Assembly: GCA_964635905.1 (NCBI GenBank)
Contig: CAZWPK010000003.1
Coordinates: 66,459 to 130,458, forward strand
Direction: 5' to 3'
Length of the DNA stretch: 64,000 bases
DNA from: an uncultured Pseudomonadales bacterium
Lineage (GTDB): Bacteria > Patescibacteriota > Microgenomatia > UBA1400 > UBA12028
In this document: piece by piece, positions 45,526-56,172 of the stretch
Numbering within the stretch: position 1 is the first letter of the stretch
How the letters are laid out: the number at the start of each line of letters is the position of its first letter
Program-made: the position numbers and the translations under genes
Notes under the pieces: generated by a model
Told to the model about the DNA's origin: nothing
The model's database searches: none
Seen by the model: the letters and a program-made list of their open reading frames with translations, nothing else

Positions 45526-46500
45526 CTATCTTTTCCACATAGTCTCGCCAGAAGTCAAAACGTTTTCGCCTCTTTTCTGTCGTTTCAATGTCAGATAGAG
45601 CATTGCAAGGTCGGAAAAATTTTCAAATTCTCTCTTTAATTCAGGTGTATCAAGAAAAGACTCTCTCTTTTTTCCTTGTGTCAATCTCCGAACCCTATCG
45701 CGTGCTTCAAAGAAACGCGGCTCAATTGTGCTCAATTCAGGTGTACTCACCAATCTGTCAAAAAGCAAAGCCAAATCAGGGTCAGTTGCTAGAAAATAAT
45801 CTCTAAGTTGTTTTCGTCCTTCAAAGTACCTTTGAATGCGGCGTACAGCATCACGTGCAGTACTTTCATGTACCCTGAAAACTTGAGCTTCGTCTGCGAT
45901 CGGAATCTCCATACCAAAACGATGGTGAAAGAGGATTCGTAAATAAGTATCATCCGAATGAACATTTGGAAATTCGGAAATAAATGCAGTATCCATACCA
46001 TAACAGTCTCCTCGAAAGGTGCGTGCTCCACTAGAAATGCATTTAGTATAAAAGGCGAGTTCTCCGACCAGACTGACGGAATTTTTAACACTGGGAATCC
46101 CGTCTAATGGGATAGGGTAAGGAGTTGACAGTGACCCTGCTACAGGAATTCCACTTGAAAGCACTTTTATTAAAGCTTCAAAAGTAGTATCAAGGGGTTC
46201 GACATCATCATTCAGGAAAATACAGTATGGTAGTGAAAAAGCTCTAGTAAATTCCAATCCACGATTCATCGCTAAGCGACGACTTCCTTTCTCCTCCACA
46301 TGGAGCTTTACATCATTTTTCCCATTCAGCTCATTCTTCAACCAGTTGCTAGTTCCAGCATCGCAACCATTCGCGTCGATGTACCACAAAAAGTCACCTT
46401 CAAATTTCTGATTTAATCGTTGAAAAGTACCTAAAAACTTATTGGTATGTTCTGCATCATTAATGATGTGTAGTGGAACAATAATTGTTGCTTTGTGCAT
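45526..46500 (-). CDS. Divergent GT2/GT-A fold glycosyltransferase
   Basis: ATIIVP, ANGCD, AMNRG, IFLNDDV, SDD motif, R..R. Confidence 0.7.
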   Translation of the reverse strand: MHKATIIVPLHIINDAEHTNKFLGTFQRLNQKFEGDFLWYIDANGCDAGTSNWLKNELNGKNDVKLHVEEKGSRRLAMNRGLEFTRAFSLPYCIFLNDDVEPLDTTFEALIKVLSSGIPVAGSLSTPYPIPLDGIPSVKNSVSLVGELAFYTKCISSGARTFRGDCYGMDTAFISEFPNVHSDDTYLRILFHHRFGMEIPIADEAQVFRVHESTARDAVRRIQRYFEGRKQLRDYFLATDPDLALLFDRLVSTPELSTIEPRFFEARDRVRRLTQGKKRESFLDTPELKREFENFSDLAMLYLTLKRQKRGENVLTSGETMWKR

Positions 46501-46783
46501 ACAAGGTTAGTATTTTACCATTTTCATACTTTTTTATGCGATTCACTCGGATTTTTTTGTAAACTACCTCTTCTGTAGAGTCCTAGCTATGGATAACTGA
46601 GCACAATGTGTAACTAACTCAAGGTATCTTGAGCTGGGTGGTCAGATTCCTCAAGGGATTATTTGGATTCAAATGATTGGATAAATGTGTCAATCTGATT
46701 TACCCTTTCCTGCGGCGTGGATCACTGCAGGTGTTGTGTAGCCTGTAACAATATTGCATTTCTTTTGATACACTTCACTCACT

Positions 46784-47179
46784 ATGAAAACTATTCTAGT
46801 TGATGCCGTCTATGCGTTTGTCGTCAAAACGGAACAGGGCTTTTCAATCTACAAACCGATGCACGAGATGCTGGATCAGTTTCCCAACCCCAAAATAGTG
46901 TTAACAGGCGCTGATGATGAACAGATGAAAGAGTTTGGATTAACAGCACTACCCTACGAGCTTTTTTCCTTAAAACATCATCCGGAGAAATCCGATCCCA
47001 AGTACTACACCTTGATGCTGGAACACTTTGGTCTTACGGCTGAGGACGTTGTCTATTTTGAGCATAACGCCGACGCGGTGAAGAGCGCTCAGTCCGTGGG
47101 GATTACTACCTACCACTATGATCCCGAGGCACGCAGTATCGACCTACTTCGAAGTTTCTTAGCCGCAAACCTTGATTGA
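46784..47179 (+). CDS. Small HAD-superfamily-like protein
   Basis: ILVDAVY, KSDPKYY, VYFEH...VKSAQSVGI. Confidence 0.75.
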   Translation: MKTILVDAVYAFVVKTEQGFSIYKPMHEMLDQFPNPKIVLTGADDEQMKEFGLTALPYELFSLKHHPEKSDPKYYTLMLEHFGLTAEDVVYFEHNADAVKSAQSVGITTYHYDPEARSIDLLRSFLAANLD

Positions 47180-47194
47180 TGAAAAAACCACACT

Positions 47195-47641
47195 ATGCCA
47201 TCCGTACTCTCCTCAGTTAAAGCACTTTTGTTTCATCAGGGAAAGTTTATAGTTCTCAAAGAAGAGCTGCATAAAAAAGACATTTGGGATCTTCCGGGAG
47301 GGAAAATCGAATACGGTGAAAATCCCAGTGATGCCCTGCATCGTGAGATTCAAGAAGAGCTTTGTTTGAGTGTTGAGATCAAGCTCTCAGTGGGACTATG
47401 GTATTTCTTTTCAGCAACACATCAGCATCAAGTAATTTGCCATACGTATCTGTGTACTCCGGTAGGTGAACTGCAGATTGATACCACAAAGAATCCAGCA
47501 GATGAGAATTTTACGGAGCTTCGATGGGTAACGATAGATGAAGTGTTAGCTTCTAAGGAAATCATTTTAGAGGAAAGTTTGGTACTGTTACTCAAAGGTC
47601 TGCAAGTCGACCCCCGATTTACTTCTGAGTATAAAAAATAG
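47195..47641 (+). CDS. Nudix hydrolase
   Basis: WDLPGGKIEYGENPSDALHREIQEE. Confidence 0.9.
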   Translation: MPSVLSSVKALLFHQGKFIVLKEELHKKDIWDLPGGKIEYGENPSDALHREIQEELCLSVEIKLSVGLWYFFSATHQHQVICHTYLCTPVGELQIDTTKNPADENFTELRWVTIDEVLASKEIILEESLVLLLKGLQVDPRFTSEYKK

Positions 47642-47737
47642 GTTTAGATGCCTCTGCATAACGGGGAGCAGTCTGCCCAAAAACCTGCCATCCTCTTTTA
47701 CGATCCAATTTGATATCATTGTGCCAGATTTCTCTGA

Positions 47738-47824
47738 GGAAGCGTCGCATAGTGGCCTAGTGCAGCGGTTTGCTAAACCGCGACCCTTAATCGGGTCTCG
47801 TGGGTTCGAATCCCACCGCTTCCG
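47738..47824 (+). tRNA. tRNA-Ser(GCT)
   Basis: GGAAGCG/CGCTTCC acceptor stem, GCGGT-TTGCTAA-ACCGC anticodon arm, long variable arm, G73. Confidence 0.95.
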
Positions 47825-47919
47825 CCTCTGTGCTTGATACCATCACACCCCTTAACTTTTGAATGTTTCGTTTTTTGCATTTTCTCTGTAGGATGTGACT
47901 AGTAGATCTACACACAGAT

Positions 47920-48432
47920 ATGTCATATCCCGCGTATTCGATTTGGCTGATGCCAGATCAAGAGTCTTCCGCAAGTATTAAGCAACTCATCGATCCCTTG
48001 AGCTTAAAGTATCATTCCCATTCGTTTGAACCCCATATTACGTTGTTATCGCGAATTGGAAAAAGTGAAGGATATGTCCGGGATCGCGTGAAAGATCTGT
48101 CCAAGGTGATTCATCCCTTTGAGATAGAGCTCAAAGAAATCGAATACAATACGACCTATTTTCAGTGCGTCCTCGCTCAGATCAAGCCCACTCTGGAATT
48201 AATGGAAGCTAGAGTTCTTGCGCAAGATCTCTTAGAAGCGGATAAAACAATGTTTTATAATCCGCACTTAAGTCTCTTGTATGGGGATTTTGTCTTGGAA
48301 GAACGAGAAAAAATCAGTCGACAAATTACTCTTCCCATTCACACGCTTCGAATTGAGAAGATATGGATGACCCCATCTGGAGTTCGACCGGAGCAGTGGG
48401 TAACCTTAGAAGAGTTTGTGTTAACCCCATAA
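47920..48432 (+). CDS. 2H phosphoesterase / cyclic phosphodiesterase
   Basis: YSIWL.P, FEPHITL and PHLSLLYG motifs. Confidence 0.88.
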   Translation: MSYPAYSIWLMPDQESSASIKQLIDPLSLKYHSHSFEPHITLLSRIGKSEGYVRDRVKDLSKVIHPFEIELKEIEYNTTYFQCVLAQIKPTLELMEARVLAQDLLEADKTMFYNPHLSLLYGDFVLEEREKISRQITLPIHTLRIEKIWMTPSGVRPEQWVTLEEFVLTP

Positions 48433-48443
48433 GTTTTAATCCT

Positions 48444-48923
48444 ATGAACTGGAAACTTCCTCCCCGCATAAAAATCTATGAAGCCCTTGGGTGTGTAGCC
48501 GATGAACGATTGACGTTAAACGAGAAGGGTGCAGAAGTAACATCATCGGATGGGTCAAAAACCTACACCGTTATTTTTGATGCAGAGCAGAAAATGATCT
48601 GTGCAAATGATAATGGGTCATTTTGGCAAGGATATTCGGGCTATCCCGCAATCGCGTACTTACTAAAAACGGAATCACTTTCCTTCGAGCCGGAGATCGC
48701 AGAACTTCTTTCAGGAATTGCATGGAAGAAAATCAATCAACTCCATAAAAATGACTGGGAGAAAACAGAGGCATGGATTTATACGCAACAGCTTAGTAAT
48801 GACAAAACCAAGATCCAATCGTTGGAACGCTATGCCAGTCAGCTAGCTCGAGCGATTGATGCACTTTCACTGCAGCAACCCCCAAAGCGACTTCGACCTC
48901 CTAGCGTCAAAAAAGCTGATTAA
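48444..48923 (+). CDS. Conserved hypothetical protein
   Basis: W.LPP.IKIYEALG..AD.R, SSDG.K.YTV, NDNGS.WQGY.GYP. Confidence 0.75.
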   Translation: MNWKLPPRIKIYEALGCVADERLTLNEKGAEVTSSDGSKTYTVIFDAEQKMICANDNGSFWQGYSGYPAIAYLLKTESLSFEPEIAELLSGIAWKKINQLHKNDWEKTEAWIYTQQLSNDKTKIQSLERYASQLARAIDALSLQQPPKRLRPPSVKKAD

Positions 48924-51900
48924 TCAGCGATGCCTTCGGGCCAGCAGTGCGAAAAGAATTCACACTCCGAGCAGGCAGCTGTGTTTGGAGTATGGTCAAA
49001 CTTTAGGGCTCTAATTTCTTGCATCACCGTTCGGATGGTCGTTTTGAGCTCTTCAACTTCTTCTCTACTAATGCTAAACGACTCTTGTTTATGTTTTCCA
49101 CTCGTTTTATCGGGTTCAATAAAATCAAGCACGAAGTTTTCTGCGGTTGGAGTAAAGGTTTTGTCTAGCTCTGTGAGCAATTTATAAAAAACCAATTGTC
49201 GTTTGTAGGCAGGATCTTTTTTCCCAGTTTTACCTTCAATTTCATTGCGGGTACGCAGACGACCTGTTTTGTAATCGATGATGCGCACAATTTTATCGGA
49301 TTCACTCAGCCAATCAATCCGATCAACTTTTCCGGTTAACGGGATATCGTCCAAATAGGTTTTAGACCACCCCGATCCAAACTGCCGTTCACAGAAGAGT
49401 GGAACAGTAAATTGATCCAGATTGGACTGGTAATACGACTGCAAGATGAGTTCTCCATGGCGACGGCGTTTTTTTTCTGCCTCGGGCGTTAAGAGCTCAT
49501 TTTGTAATGCGCTGTTAAAGGATTCCAAGAGAAAATCGACCGATGGAGTTAGTTTGTCAGCCTGAAGTTTCAGGAAAAAGAGTTCTAATGCTTTGTGAAT
49601 TGCGGTACCTAAGGCTTGATGTTCTGATTGCGCACGAGGAACTTTTAATAAGTGGTTAAGTTTAAATTTATACGGACACTGTAGATAGGTGTTTAGAGCA
49701 GTTGGGGACAACTTGAACCTTGCCACTAGATCTGACAAAAACTCTTCTTCTTGATTGGTTCGTACCACGGGCGGTCTTGGAGATACCAATTTTTCTAGGA
49801 GTGCAGCCGGACTAGATTCAAACTGTTCTAAACTGACGTCTTGGAGGTATGTTGGGTTTATTTCCGTGGTAAAAATGCTGGGAACGGTCTCTTTGCTAGA
49901 ATCGCCGGAGATTAATGTCGACGGTATACTCAGTGTGACCGATGATTTCGCTCGGGTGAGGGCGACATAAAATAATCGACGTTCATCTTCATTCGGATCT
50001 TTGGAGGAGATGTCCATGGACGTAATGATCGATTCGGGGAGTGGAAGCAGGTTACGAGTGGAATTGTTTCCCCACTTTTTGTCGATTGCAGTCAGGATAA
50101 ACACGTATTCCCATTCCTGACCTTTTGATTTATGGGCGGTAGTGAGATGGACGGCGTGATGTTGTATATTTTGATCTTCTTCTGTAATCGATAGATCATG
50201 TGCATTTAAGGTTTCAATTACCCGTAAAAATCTATCTAAATTCAGCGTATGGTCAAGGTTTGCAAGTCGTTTAATCTCATTAAACAGAGTATTAACGCGG
50301 TTGAGATCCTCTACTACACTTTGGCGTTGTAACACAAAAGGGAGGAAACCAGAGCTTTGCAGAACCGATTCAAACCAAGTGACAAAGGTATGGTTTGTTT
50401 CTGCGTTCAGCAATGCAACAAGTTTTAATACAAAACGCTGGATCGCTGCAATAGCAGGATCCGCATTACAAACAAATGAGGCTGGAAGGTACGCATCAAT
50501 TGGAATGCCTACTGAAGGTGTCTCGCTGGATGATTGGTTCTCATCGTTTGCTGGCGGGTTTAACACTAGGGTGACTTCTTGGACATCGCCAGTAGATTCA
50601 GGTGCACTGGAATCTCCAGGAACAACTGCAGGCACGTTTTCTAAAATGACATCTAAAATCTGAGTATGTTGGGTTGCGGCTTTCCGTGTCAATTTAAGAA
50701 TTGCTAACGGATCTAAGCCCGTCCATTCAAAATTGAGCAGAGTGAAAAGGTCCATGTCTTCGATTCCCGTTTTGAGGCCGGAAATGACACGCAATAACAA
50801 CAATAATTGTCCAATGATTGGGGTAGTTAGAATGTTGACCCCTCCATCAATTTCATACAGAATGCCCCATTTGGCTAAGGCACTGGAAATGGCAATAGAG
50901 TCGTTGTTGTGACGATAGATCACAGCAATGGATGATGGATCAACCTTTGCATCGAGCAGCTCTTTAATTTTTTCCGCAACAAATACAACTTCAAGTTGAC
51001 CCGATGAGGGACGAATGAGTGACAGGGGAGTACCTTCACCTTTTTGGCTTAGTAGTGTATGTGCATGTCCCGTTAAGGTGTCTAAGCGGATATTGTTATG
51101 GAGAATTAACGACTGTGCAGCGTCCAAGATCGTCTGAGTGCTTCGATAATTTTGTTCTAAATGCACAACGGTAGCCGCGGGGTACTGTTTAATAAAGTTG
51201 AGTACATTTTCTGCGGAGGCACCTTGGAAACGATAAATGCTTTGATTGATGTCTCCAACGACAAACAGATTTGCGGATTCTCCCCAGAAAGAACTTAATA
51301 AATTGATCACATGAAACTGGGCGCCGTTGGTATCTTGATATTCATCAATTAAAATAAAGTGAAATTTTTCTTGATAGGTCGCAAGCAATAACTCCTCTGT
51401 TTGAAACGCATGCGATACCAGCATGATCATATCGTCGAAATCAAATCTTCCAACTTTTGAAAGGGTATCTTGATACTGGCGATAAATAATGAGGAGATCT
51501 CGGTGTTTTGAAATGTTTTTTTCTTTGAGTAATCGAGCGGTTTTCTTGAGTTCGACGGTGTTATTTTCCCTTACTTCCTGGTCAATAATCTCTTGCAATT
51601 GATCCGGTGTAATCCCTTCACGTTTCAAATCAGAAATTGATTTAATAATGGCTTTGACATAGTAGTCTGGAGCGTTTAAGGGTTTTAAGATTTCAAGCTC
51701 GTTGTTGGCAATGATGGTAGAAAAAATCTCATACCGTTCAAGTTCTGATAACGCCTGAGCATCGGGGGGAAGAGGGAAGTATTCAGGGTGATCGGAAATG
51801 ACATCGGCGCAGAATGCATGGAAGGTGGAGATGTAGACGTAATACCCAGTCTGACCAATGAGGCTGATGAGCCGTTTTCGCATCGCAGCAGCTCCACTTT

Positions 51901-52102
51901 CTGTAAAGGTGAGAGCCAAGATTGAACTGGGGTTTGTGTCTGTTTTGCTTAAGATATTGGCAATGCGCGTTGCAAGAATCTGTGTTTTACCAGTTCCGGG
52001 ACCTGCAACGACCATCACCGGGCCTTCTAACGTATCTACCGCAAGTTTTTGTTCTGCATTTAAGGCAGCATAGGCTGTTAGGAAGGACGATGACACTGGC
52101 AT
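48920..52102 (-). CDS. UvrD/PcrA-like helicase fused to a C-terminal PD-(D/E)XK nuclease
   Basis: AGPGTGKT, DEYQD, NYRS, TAHKSKGQEW, YVALTRAK; GKVDRID..IIDYKTG; CPY...CSECEF..HC. Confidence 0.92.
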   Translation of the reverse strand: MPVSSSFLTAYAALNAEQKLAVDTLEGPVMVVAGPGTGKTQILATRIANILSKTDTNPSSILALTFTESGAAAMRKRLISLIGQTGYYVYISTFHAFCADVISDHPEYFPLPPDAQALSELERYEIFSTIIANNELEILKPLNAPDYYVKAIIKSISDLKREGITPDQLQEIIDQEVRENNTVELKKTARLLKEKNISKHRDLLIIYRQYQDTLSKVGRFDFDDMIMLVSHAFQTEELLLATYQEKFHFILIDEYQDTNGAQFHVINLLSSFWGESANLFVVGDINQSIYRFQGASAENVLNFIKQYPAATVVHLEQNYRSTQTILDAAQSLILHNNIRLDTLTGHAHTLLSQKGEGTPLSLIRPSSGQLEVVFVAEKIKELLDAKVDPSSIAVIYRHNNDSIAISSALAKWGILYEIDGGVNILTTPIIGQLLLLLRVISGLKTGIEDMDLFTLLNFEWTGLDPLAILKLTRKAATQHTQILDVILENVPAVVPGDSSAPESTGDVQEVTLVLNPPANDENQSSSETPSVGIPIDAYLPASFVCNADPAIAAIQRFVLKLVALLNAETNHTFVTWFESVLQSSGFLPFVLQRQSVVEDLNRVNTLFNEIKRLANLDHTLNLDRFLRVIETLNAHDLSITEEDQNIQHHAVHLTTAHKSKGQEWEYVFILTAIDKKWGNNSTRNLLPLPESIITSMDISSKDPNEDERRLFYVALTRAKSSVTLSIPSTLISGDSSKETVPSIFTTEINPTYLQDVSLEQFESSPAALLEKLVSPRPPVVRTNQEEEFLSDLVARFKLSPTALNTYLQCPYKFKLNHLLKVPRAQSEHQALGTAIHKALELFFLKLQADKLTPSVDFLLESFNSALQNELLTPEAEKKRRRHGELILQSYYQSNLDQFTVPLFCERQFGSGWSKTYLDDIPLTGKVDRIDWLSESDKIVRIIDYKTGRLRTRNEIEGKTGKKDPAYKRQLVFYKLLTELDKTFTPTAENFVLDFIEPDKTSGKHKQESFSISREEVEELKTTIRTVMQEIRALKFDHTPNTAACSECEFFSHCWPEGIAD

Positions 52103-52169
52103 GGCATCAAGCGTACCACGGCCTACAACCGATGAAAAGACGAAAAAGAATGGCAACGTTAAGTACGAG

Positions 52170-53999
52170 TTATTCTTTTTTCTTTGAAGCCCGAGCGCGT
52201 TCCGCCTGTGTGAGTAATCGTTTGCGAAGACGGAGAGTTGAGGGAACAACTTCTAATAATTCGTCATCAGCAAGAAAATCTAAGGATTGTTCTAATGAGA
52301 AGCGCACGGGAGGCGTTAATTTCACCATCATATCTTTGGTGGCTGAGCGCACATTACTACTGGCTTTCACTTTGTTGACGTTCACTTCCATGTCTTGTTC
52401 GCGTGAGTTTAAGCCGACGATCATTCCCATGTAGGTTTCTTCTCCAACCCCAATGAAGAGCAGTCCACGTTGTTGGGCGTTATCGAGTCCTTCCGTAGCA
52501 CTCTTGCCATGTTCGGAAGCGACCAGAACACCATTGCGTAATTGACTAAATTCAGTTCCGACCGGTCGATACTCTAAAAAGATCGAACTCATTTGTAATG
52601 TTCCACGGGTATCCGTGAGTAGTTTGGTTCGAGCTCCCAAGAGGTTGCGTTCGGAGATTTCAAAGACCATTCGCGTATCTCCGCGTCCGTTCGGATCAAT
52701 CGATTGTGTGACGGCACGGCGCTGACCAAATTCGGTGGTAATTACACCGACAAACTCGTCAGGAATATCTATCGTTACTTCATCGAAGGGCTCTAGTTTG
52801 ACTCCATTTTCCTCTTTCAAAATGACCTGAGGTCTAGAGACTTCAAGCTCATAGCCTTCTCGACGCATGGTTTCAATCAAGACAGCCAGGTGGAGTTCAC
52901 CGCGTCCGGAAACAACGAATCCAACCCCAGTTGGATCTTCTTCGATGCGTAGTCCCAAATTGGTTTCTTTTTCTTTGAGTAAGCGTTCTTGAATTTGACG
53001 AGAAGTTAGATATTTCCCTTCACGTCCCGCCAGTGGAGAGGTGTTGGGACCAATAGTAATTTTAATGGTGGGTTCACTGACTTTAATCGAAGGGAGAGCC
53101 TCTGGGGTGGTCGGAGCGGTAACCGTCCAGCCAATCGAGAGTTCTTTCATTCCGGCAATGGCGACAATATCTCCAGAGACAGCAGATTCAACCGGGACCT
53201 TTTCAATTCCTTTGGAGACAAACAATTTTTCAACACTATATGTTGCTTGATGACCGTCTTGGGTTACCAACGCAGCGCGATCACCTGTATGTAATGTTCC
53301 CCGTGTAATACGACCAATACACATTTTCCCTAGGTAGGGGTCGCGCTCAAGTGTTGAGATTAAGAGCTGGAAGGGAGCTTCATCGTCCCCTCGGGCTGAG
53401 GGTACGGTTTTTAGAATCTGCTCAAAGAGGGGAAGTAAATTTCCCTCGCTCATTTTCTCTTCTTCTGTGGGCAAATGATCCCAAGCTTTTCCTTCTCGTC
53501 CGATGGCATAAATGACAGGGAAATCGAGCATGGATTCGTCATCGGCAAGATGGAGGAACAAATTTTCTACTTGATGAAGAACAGTTGAAGGTTCTGCATC
53601 TCGCTTGTCAATTTTATTAATCACAACGATTAATTTTAGTTTTCGTTTAATTGCCTGTTGTAAGACGAAACGTGTTTGGGGGAGTGGGCCTTCTGCTGCA
53701 TCCACGAGTAAGAGGGCGCCATCTGCCATGTTAATGATGCGTTCTACTTCACCACCAAAGTCAGCGTGACCTGGGGTATCAATGATATTGATCTTTACTT
53801 CACCATATTGAACCGCGGTGTTTTTTGCAAGAATGGTGATTCCTTTTTCTCGCTCTAAATCATTACTGTCCAAAATCGTTGTTTGTTGCATTTCTGCTTG
53901 ATTATCGCGGAAGGAATGTGTTTGTTTGAGTAGTTCGTCGACAAGGGTTGTCTTCCCGTGGTCAACGTGTGCAATGATGGCAATGTTTCGAATATCCAT
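52170..53999 (-). CDS. typA: Translational GTPase TypA/BipA
   Basis: RNIAIIAHVDHGKTTLVD, EKGITILAKN, GRGELHL.VLIETMRREG. Confidence 0.97.
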   Translation of the reverse strand: MDIRNIAIIAHVDHGKTTLVDELLKQTHSFRDNQAEMQQTTILDSNDLEREKGITILAKNTAVQYGEVKINIIDTPGHADFGGEVERIINMADGALLLVDAAEGPLPQTRFVLQQAIKRKLKLIVVINKIDKRDAEPSTVLHQVENLFLHLADDESMLDFPVIYAIGREGKAWDHLPTEEEKMSEGNLLPLFEQILKTVPSARGDDEAPFQLLISTLERDPYLGKMCIGRITRGTLHTGDRAALVTQDGHQATYSVEKLFVSKGIEKVPVESAVSGDIVAIAGMKELSIGWTVTAPTTPEALPSIKVSEPTIKITIGPNTSPLAGREGKYLTSRQIQERLLKEKETNLGLRIEEDPTGVGFVVSGRGELHLAVLIETMRREGYELEVSRPQVILKEENGVKLEPFDEVTIDIPDEFVGVITTEFGQRRAVTQSIDPNGRGDTRMVFEISERNLLGARTKLLTDTRGTLQMSSIFLEYRPVGTEFSQLRNGVLVASEHGKSATEGLDNAQQRGLLFIGVGEETYMGMIVGLNSREQDMEVNVNKVKASSNVRSATKDMMVKLTPPVRFSLEQSLDFLADDELLEVVPSTLRLRKRLLTQAERARASKKKE

Positions 54000-54131
54000 A
54001 CACTTACTTTCCTTTAATTGGCTCGCAATGCCTACACCTAGGTAAGGACCTAGAAAAATCAACTCACGAACTTCAAGGGAACGAGGCTGACGAAGCAAAA
54101 CTATAGGTTAATTATTATACGCTATTTTCTT

Positions 54132-54878
54132 TCAGTTGTCAGCTCTTTCCTTAGATTGGGGCTCTGTGCTGATAAAGACGAAGGATGCAAGGATGGCTTT
54201 AAGCGTTTGCCGATCCCGATTCGGGCCGGAAAAGACGATTGCAGACTGAGAGCTCATTTGAGCAAACACGTCGATGAGATCTTGTGAATTACTCGTATAG
54301 GTAAGTTCTACGGCGGGAAGATTTCCAATCTTTACGGTAGACTGTGGAGAAAGTAAAGCTCCAGAGACGGAGGTTTGCTGAGCATTCTCCAATCGTTCCT
54401 GCACTAGACTTTCCAGGGTTTGCCAGAGGGGAACGACAGTAATCTGATAGTCGCGCTGTAAAGTCGGAGAGGTATCAACTTGGGCAGGAGACAACGACGT
54501 TACTGAGGTGGCATTCGTCTCTTTTAAGGGGGACACCACCCATGACGGTGGGTAATGAAACCGATACGATCCGGCAGGATGGATGAATTCCTTCCAGTCA
54601 CTTTGAAAGACACTCGTTTCTGGTTCGGGGCAGGGAGCGAAGCTGCAGTTGGGGCCTTGTCTGCCCACAAAAGAGCCGTCAGGGCACTGCAGTGCTTCCA
54701 TCGTACACATTACCTCTTCACTCGGAGGAACCAGACGTTGTGGGGCTGAGGCTGAATAGACCCCCAGCAGATAACCTACCGTTCCCACGCACAGCACCGA
54801 TAGTCCCACAATGACCCCAATTATACTGAGGGTCGCAATCCACTCTTTTCCGGGGCTATGTGTCGGACGAAACATCAT
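54132..54878 (-). CDS. Membrane-anchored protein with a small Cys motif and PsbP-like domain
   Basis: TM, CTMEALQCPDGSFVGRQGPNCSFAPCP, W..F....Y.F.YP..W. Confidence 0.75.
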   Translation of the reverse strand: MMFRPTHSPGKEWIATLSIIGVIVGLSVLCVGTVGYLLGVYSASAPQRLVPPSEEVMCTMEALQCPDGSFVGRQGPNCSFAPCPEPETSVFQSDWKEFIHPAGSYRFHYPPSWVVSPLKETNATSVTSLSPAQVDTSPTLQRDYQITVVPLWQTLESLVQERLENAQQTSVSGALLSPQSTVKIGNLPAVELTYTSNSQDLIDVFAQMSSQSAIVFSGPNRDRQTLKAILASFVFISTEPQSKERADN

Positions 54879-55047
54879 ACTGGTAGTCTAGCTTTGTATG
54901 GAGGAGCTTGGCAAGTTGAGTTTACGCAGGCTGATACGGATCGTTGTACCCACGTGTTCGATAGGCACGTTCCAGATGATCTATCACATTCGAACATATT
55001 TGCTAATATACATCTGATGACTTCTATTATTTGAAAGGTATTTATCT

Positions 55048-56169
55048 ATGACACGTTTGGGAGTGATTTTTGGATCGCGTTCAGTGGAACATGAGGTAAG
55101 TATCATCACTGCTTGCCAGCTCATGAAGAATGCCAGTACAAAGAACTATACCGTGGTTCCTCTCTATATTGATAAGCAAGGGAAGTGGTGGTCCGGTGAC
55201 CGGGCGATGACCATTGCGGGGTTTAAGGGACAAGATTTAGATAATCCGACTGGATTTGAGGCGGTGGATTTTTCGCCCGATCCAAGCCGCGATCATGGAA
55301 TTGATGTGGCGATTATCTGTACCCATGGAACACATGGAGAAGATGGCTCTATTCAAGGATTATTAGAGTTAGCTGGAATTCCCTACCAAGGTCCAGGCGT
55401 GGTTGGTTCTGCGTTGTGTATGGATAAAATTCTGACCAAACATGTGTTGCGAGCGTCGGGAATACCCGTCGTACCATTTCAGTGGTGTACCAAAGACGAG
55501 TGGAATCAAGATTCGCAAACAGTAGTGTCTCGATTGCTCGATACCAAACAAACAGAACCACATCGTCTCTCATTCCCACTGTTTGTAAAGCCAGCCAATT
55601 TGGGATCCAGTGTTGGTATCAGTAAAGCCACCGACCAATTATCGTTAGAAGCAGCCATTGAAGTGGCCTTCCAGTTTGATCGTCGTGTCCTAATTGAGCA
55701 GGGAAAAGAAGATATCAAAGAAATCAATGTCTCAGTCTTAGGGTTTACTGAATTGATCGCTTCAACTCCAGAGGAGCCTGTTTCGAGTGGAGAGCTACTT
55801 TCCTATAGCGACAAGTATGAACAGGGAGGTAAAAAAACTGGTGGGATGGCATCCTTACATCGTCGGATTCCTGCGCCGATTCCTATGAGTTTGACAAAGA
55901 TTATTCAAGAAACGGCGATCAATGCCTGCCGGTCTCTGGATGTCAGTGGTGTGGTTCGTATCGATTTTCTCGTAAACCCAGGAACTGGAGAGTACTGGCT
56001 TAATGAGTTAAATACAATTCCTGGAAGTATGTCCTTTTATTTATGGGAAGCGTCAGGAGTTACGTATCCGGAATTAATAGATCGATTGGTGGCAATTGCG
56101 CTTGAACGACAAGCCTCGATGGAAACCATGGTTACATCGATCGCAACTCCCATTATTACCAATAGTTAA
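55048..56169 (+). CDS. ddl: D-alanine--D-alanine ligase
   Basis: S.EHEVS, HG..GEDGSIQG, CMDK, FVKPANLGSSVGI, NELNTIPG. Confidence 0.96.
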   Translation: MTRLGVIFGSRSVEHEVSIITACQLMKNASTKNYTVVPLYIDKQGKWWSGDRAMTIAGFKGQDLDNPTGFEAVDFSPDPSRDHGIDVAIICTHGTHGEDGSIQGLLELAGIPYQGPGVVGSALCMDKILTKHVLRASGIPVVPFQWCTKDEWNQDSQTVVSRLLDTKQTEPHRLSFPLFVKPANLGSSVGISKATDQLSLEAAIEVAFQFDRRVLIEQGKEDIKEINVSVLGFTELIASTPEEPVSSGELLSYSDKYEQGGKKTGGMASLHRRIPAPIPMSLTKIIQETAINACRSLDVSGVVRIDFLVNPGTGEYWLNELNTIPGSMSFYLWEASGVTYPELIDRLVAIALERQASMETMVTSIATPIITNS

Positions 56170-56172
56170 CGC

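Noticed and set aside
54900-55040. Hairpin upstream of ddl
   Set aside because: A single modest stem with no recognisable riboswitch motif.
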